Below, piece by piece: positions 54,792 to 55,511 of a DNA stretch of 55,511 nucleotides. This DNA comes from a virus (lineage: Duplodnaviria > Caudoviricetes). How positions within the stretch are numbered: the stretch's first letter is position 1; each line of letters starts with the position of its first letter. The stretch covers positions 1 to 55,511 of the IMG/VR virus record IMGVR_UViG_3300031673_016559; one strand, given 5' to 3'. The position numbers and the translations under genes are program-made. The notes under the pieces are model-generated. The model saw only the letters and a list, made by a program, of their open reading frames with translations. It did not search any database and had not been told where the DNA came from.

Positions 54792-55511
54792 GTGTCCGCT
54801 AATACGAGTACGTTCCTCAACCGGTCTAGTCAGGAGCAGCAGGTGGGTTTCCTCAATAATCTTTTCGGACCGTCAACCTTAGTCGAACCATTGCGCCTCG
54901 ACATTCTGATGGACTACTCAATCCGTTTTGGCGAGGGAACTGCCGCAATTCAGTGGATATCTCCTGGCACGGACAGCACGCCAATTCGAGAGACATTGGT
55001 CGCGCTGCTCTATGGGCGCATTCTTTGCATCCATAAAGAGACTCGGGAGGAACTTTTTAATCGCGTTGGTGCATTGGCAATTCAGAGCGTGCGAAGCGAG
55101 GGTGCAACCGACTTTGAGTTGGAGCCGTGGACTTTGCACGTCGGAATGGGCGGTGGTGATCACCAATTGTGGCCATGGCAGATCGTGTCGCCGTCGCAGG
55201 TCCCCGACGCCAAGACGTATTCAGCCTTCTTGAGATTGAACAAACCAAGTTCGGTCGCGCCCTCGGGCCGCTCTATCCGACTGGAAATGAAAATGGGGCT
55301 GGAGAAGATTTTGGCGCCGTCATCCGCGCTAATTGCTATTGCAGCGTTCTCCCGGAACAGCGACAGAGAAGCTCGATACCTCTTGGCGCTTAGACTCTGG
55401 CAGATGAATGTCCATTGGGGCGCTGCCGCAAAGATAACGGCTGGCAGCGAGGCGGTAGCATACGCGGCAGCGGATGCCGCAATTCGTTCAGGACAGCTTC
55501 GCATCCCGTAG
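54792..55511 (+). CDS. Hypothetical protein (start uncertain)
   Basis: 239-codon ORF ending in TAG at the window edge; no recognisable motif. Confidence 0.55.
   Translation: MSANTSTFLNRSSQEQQVGFLNNLFGPSTLVEPLRLDILMDYSIRFGEGTAAIQWISPGTDSTPIRETLVALLYGRILCIHKETREELFNRVGALAIQSVRSEGATDFELEPWTLHVGMGGGDHQLWPWQIVSPSQVPDAKTYSAFLRLNKPSSVAPSGRSIRLEMKMGLEKILAPSSALIAIAAFSRNSDREARYLLALRLWQMNVHWGAAAKITAGSEAVAYAAADAAIRSGQLRIP

Noticed and set aside
1-55511. tRNA, rRNA or known structured ncRNA genes
   Set aside because: None recognised by eye; a tRNAscan-SE/Infernal run would be needed to exclude them

Overview
Most of the window (~84-47,140) is an apparently complete, GC-rich temperate siphovirus prophage. 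The host is probably a betaproteobacterium (inferred from GC content and gene families). It reads mostly on the minus strand, from right to left: (1) a serine-recombinase integration module (small ORF, DUF2924-like, large serine recombinase, HTH); (2) a nuclease moron pair; (3) an XRE repressor plus ImmA/IrrE metallopeptidase switch; (4) two uncharacterised regulators; (5) an early recombination/replication operon (AlpA-like HTH, Sak4-like ATPase, SSB-like protein, PD-(D/E)XK nuclease, TOPRIM/P4-type primase-helicase, palindromic putative origin, RuvC-like); (6) a late regulator; (7) HNH, ParB-methylase and terminase; (8) an HK97-type protease-capsid fusion, portal and collagen-like head protein; (9) a GTA-like tail tip; (10) a collagen fibre plus a 1273-aa polyglycine/SPRY adhesin; (11) an 8-gene lysis region. 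The most notable element is a three-gene cassette (MAF/CstII-like transferase, GT9-like glycosyltransferase, TylF-like O-methyltransferase) translationally coupled between the head-tail connector and head-closure genes, which is a candidate virion-glycosylation system. Right of the prophage lies a defence-island-like stretch: an N4C/N6A methyltransferase, a 1.5k-aa Dna2-like nuclease-helicase, a HEPN/MauJ-like protein and a hypothetical gene. All family assignments come from motif recognition by eye; no database search was run.
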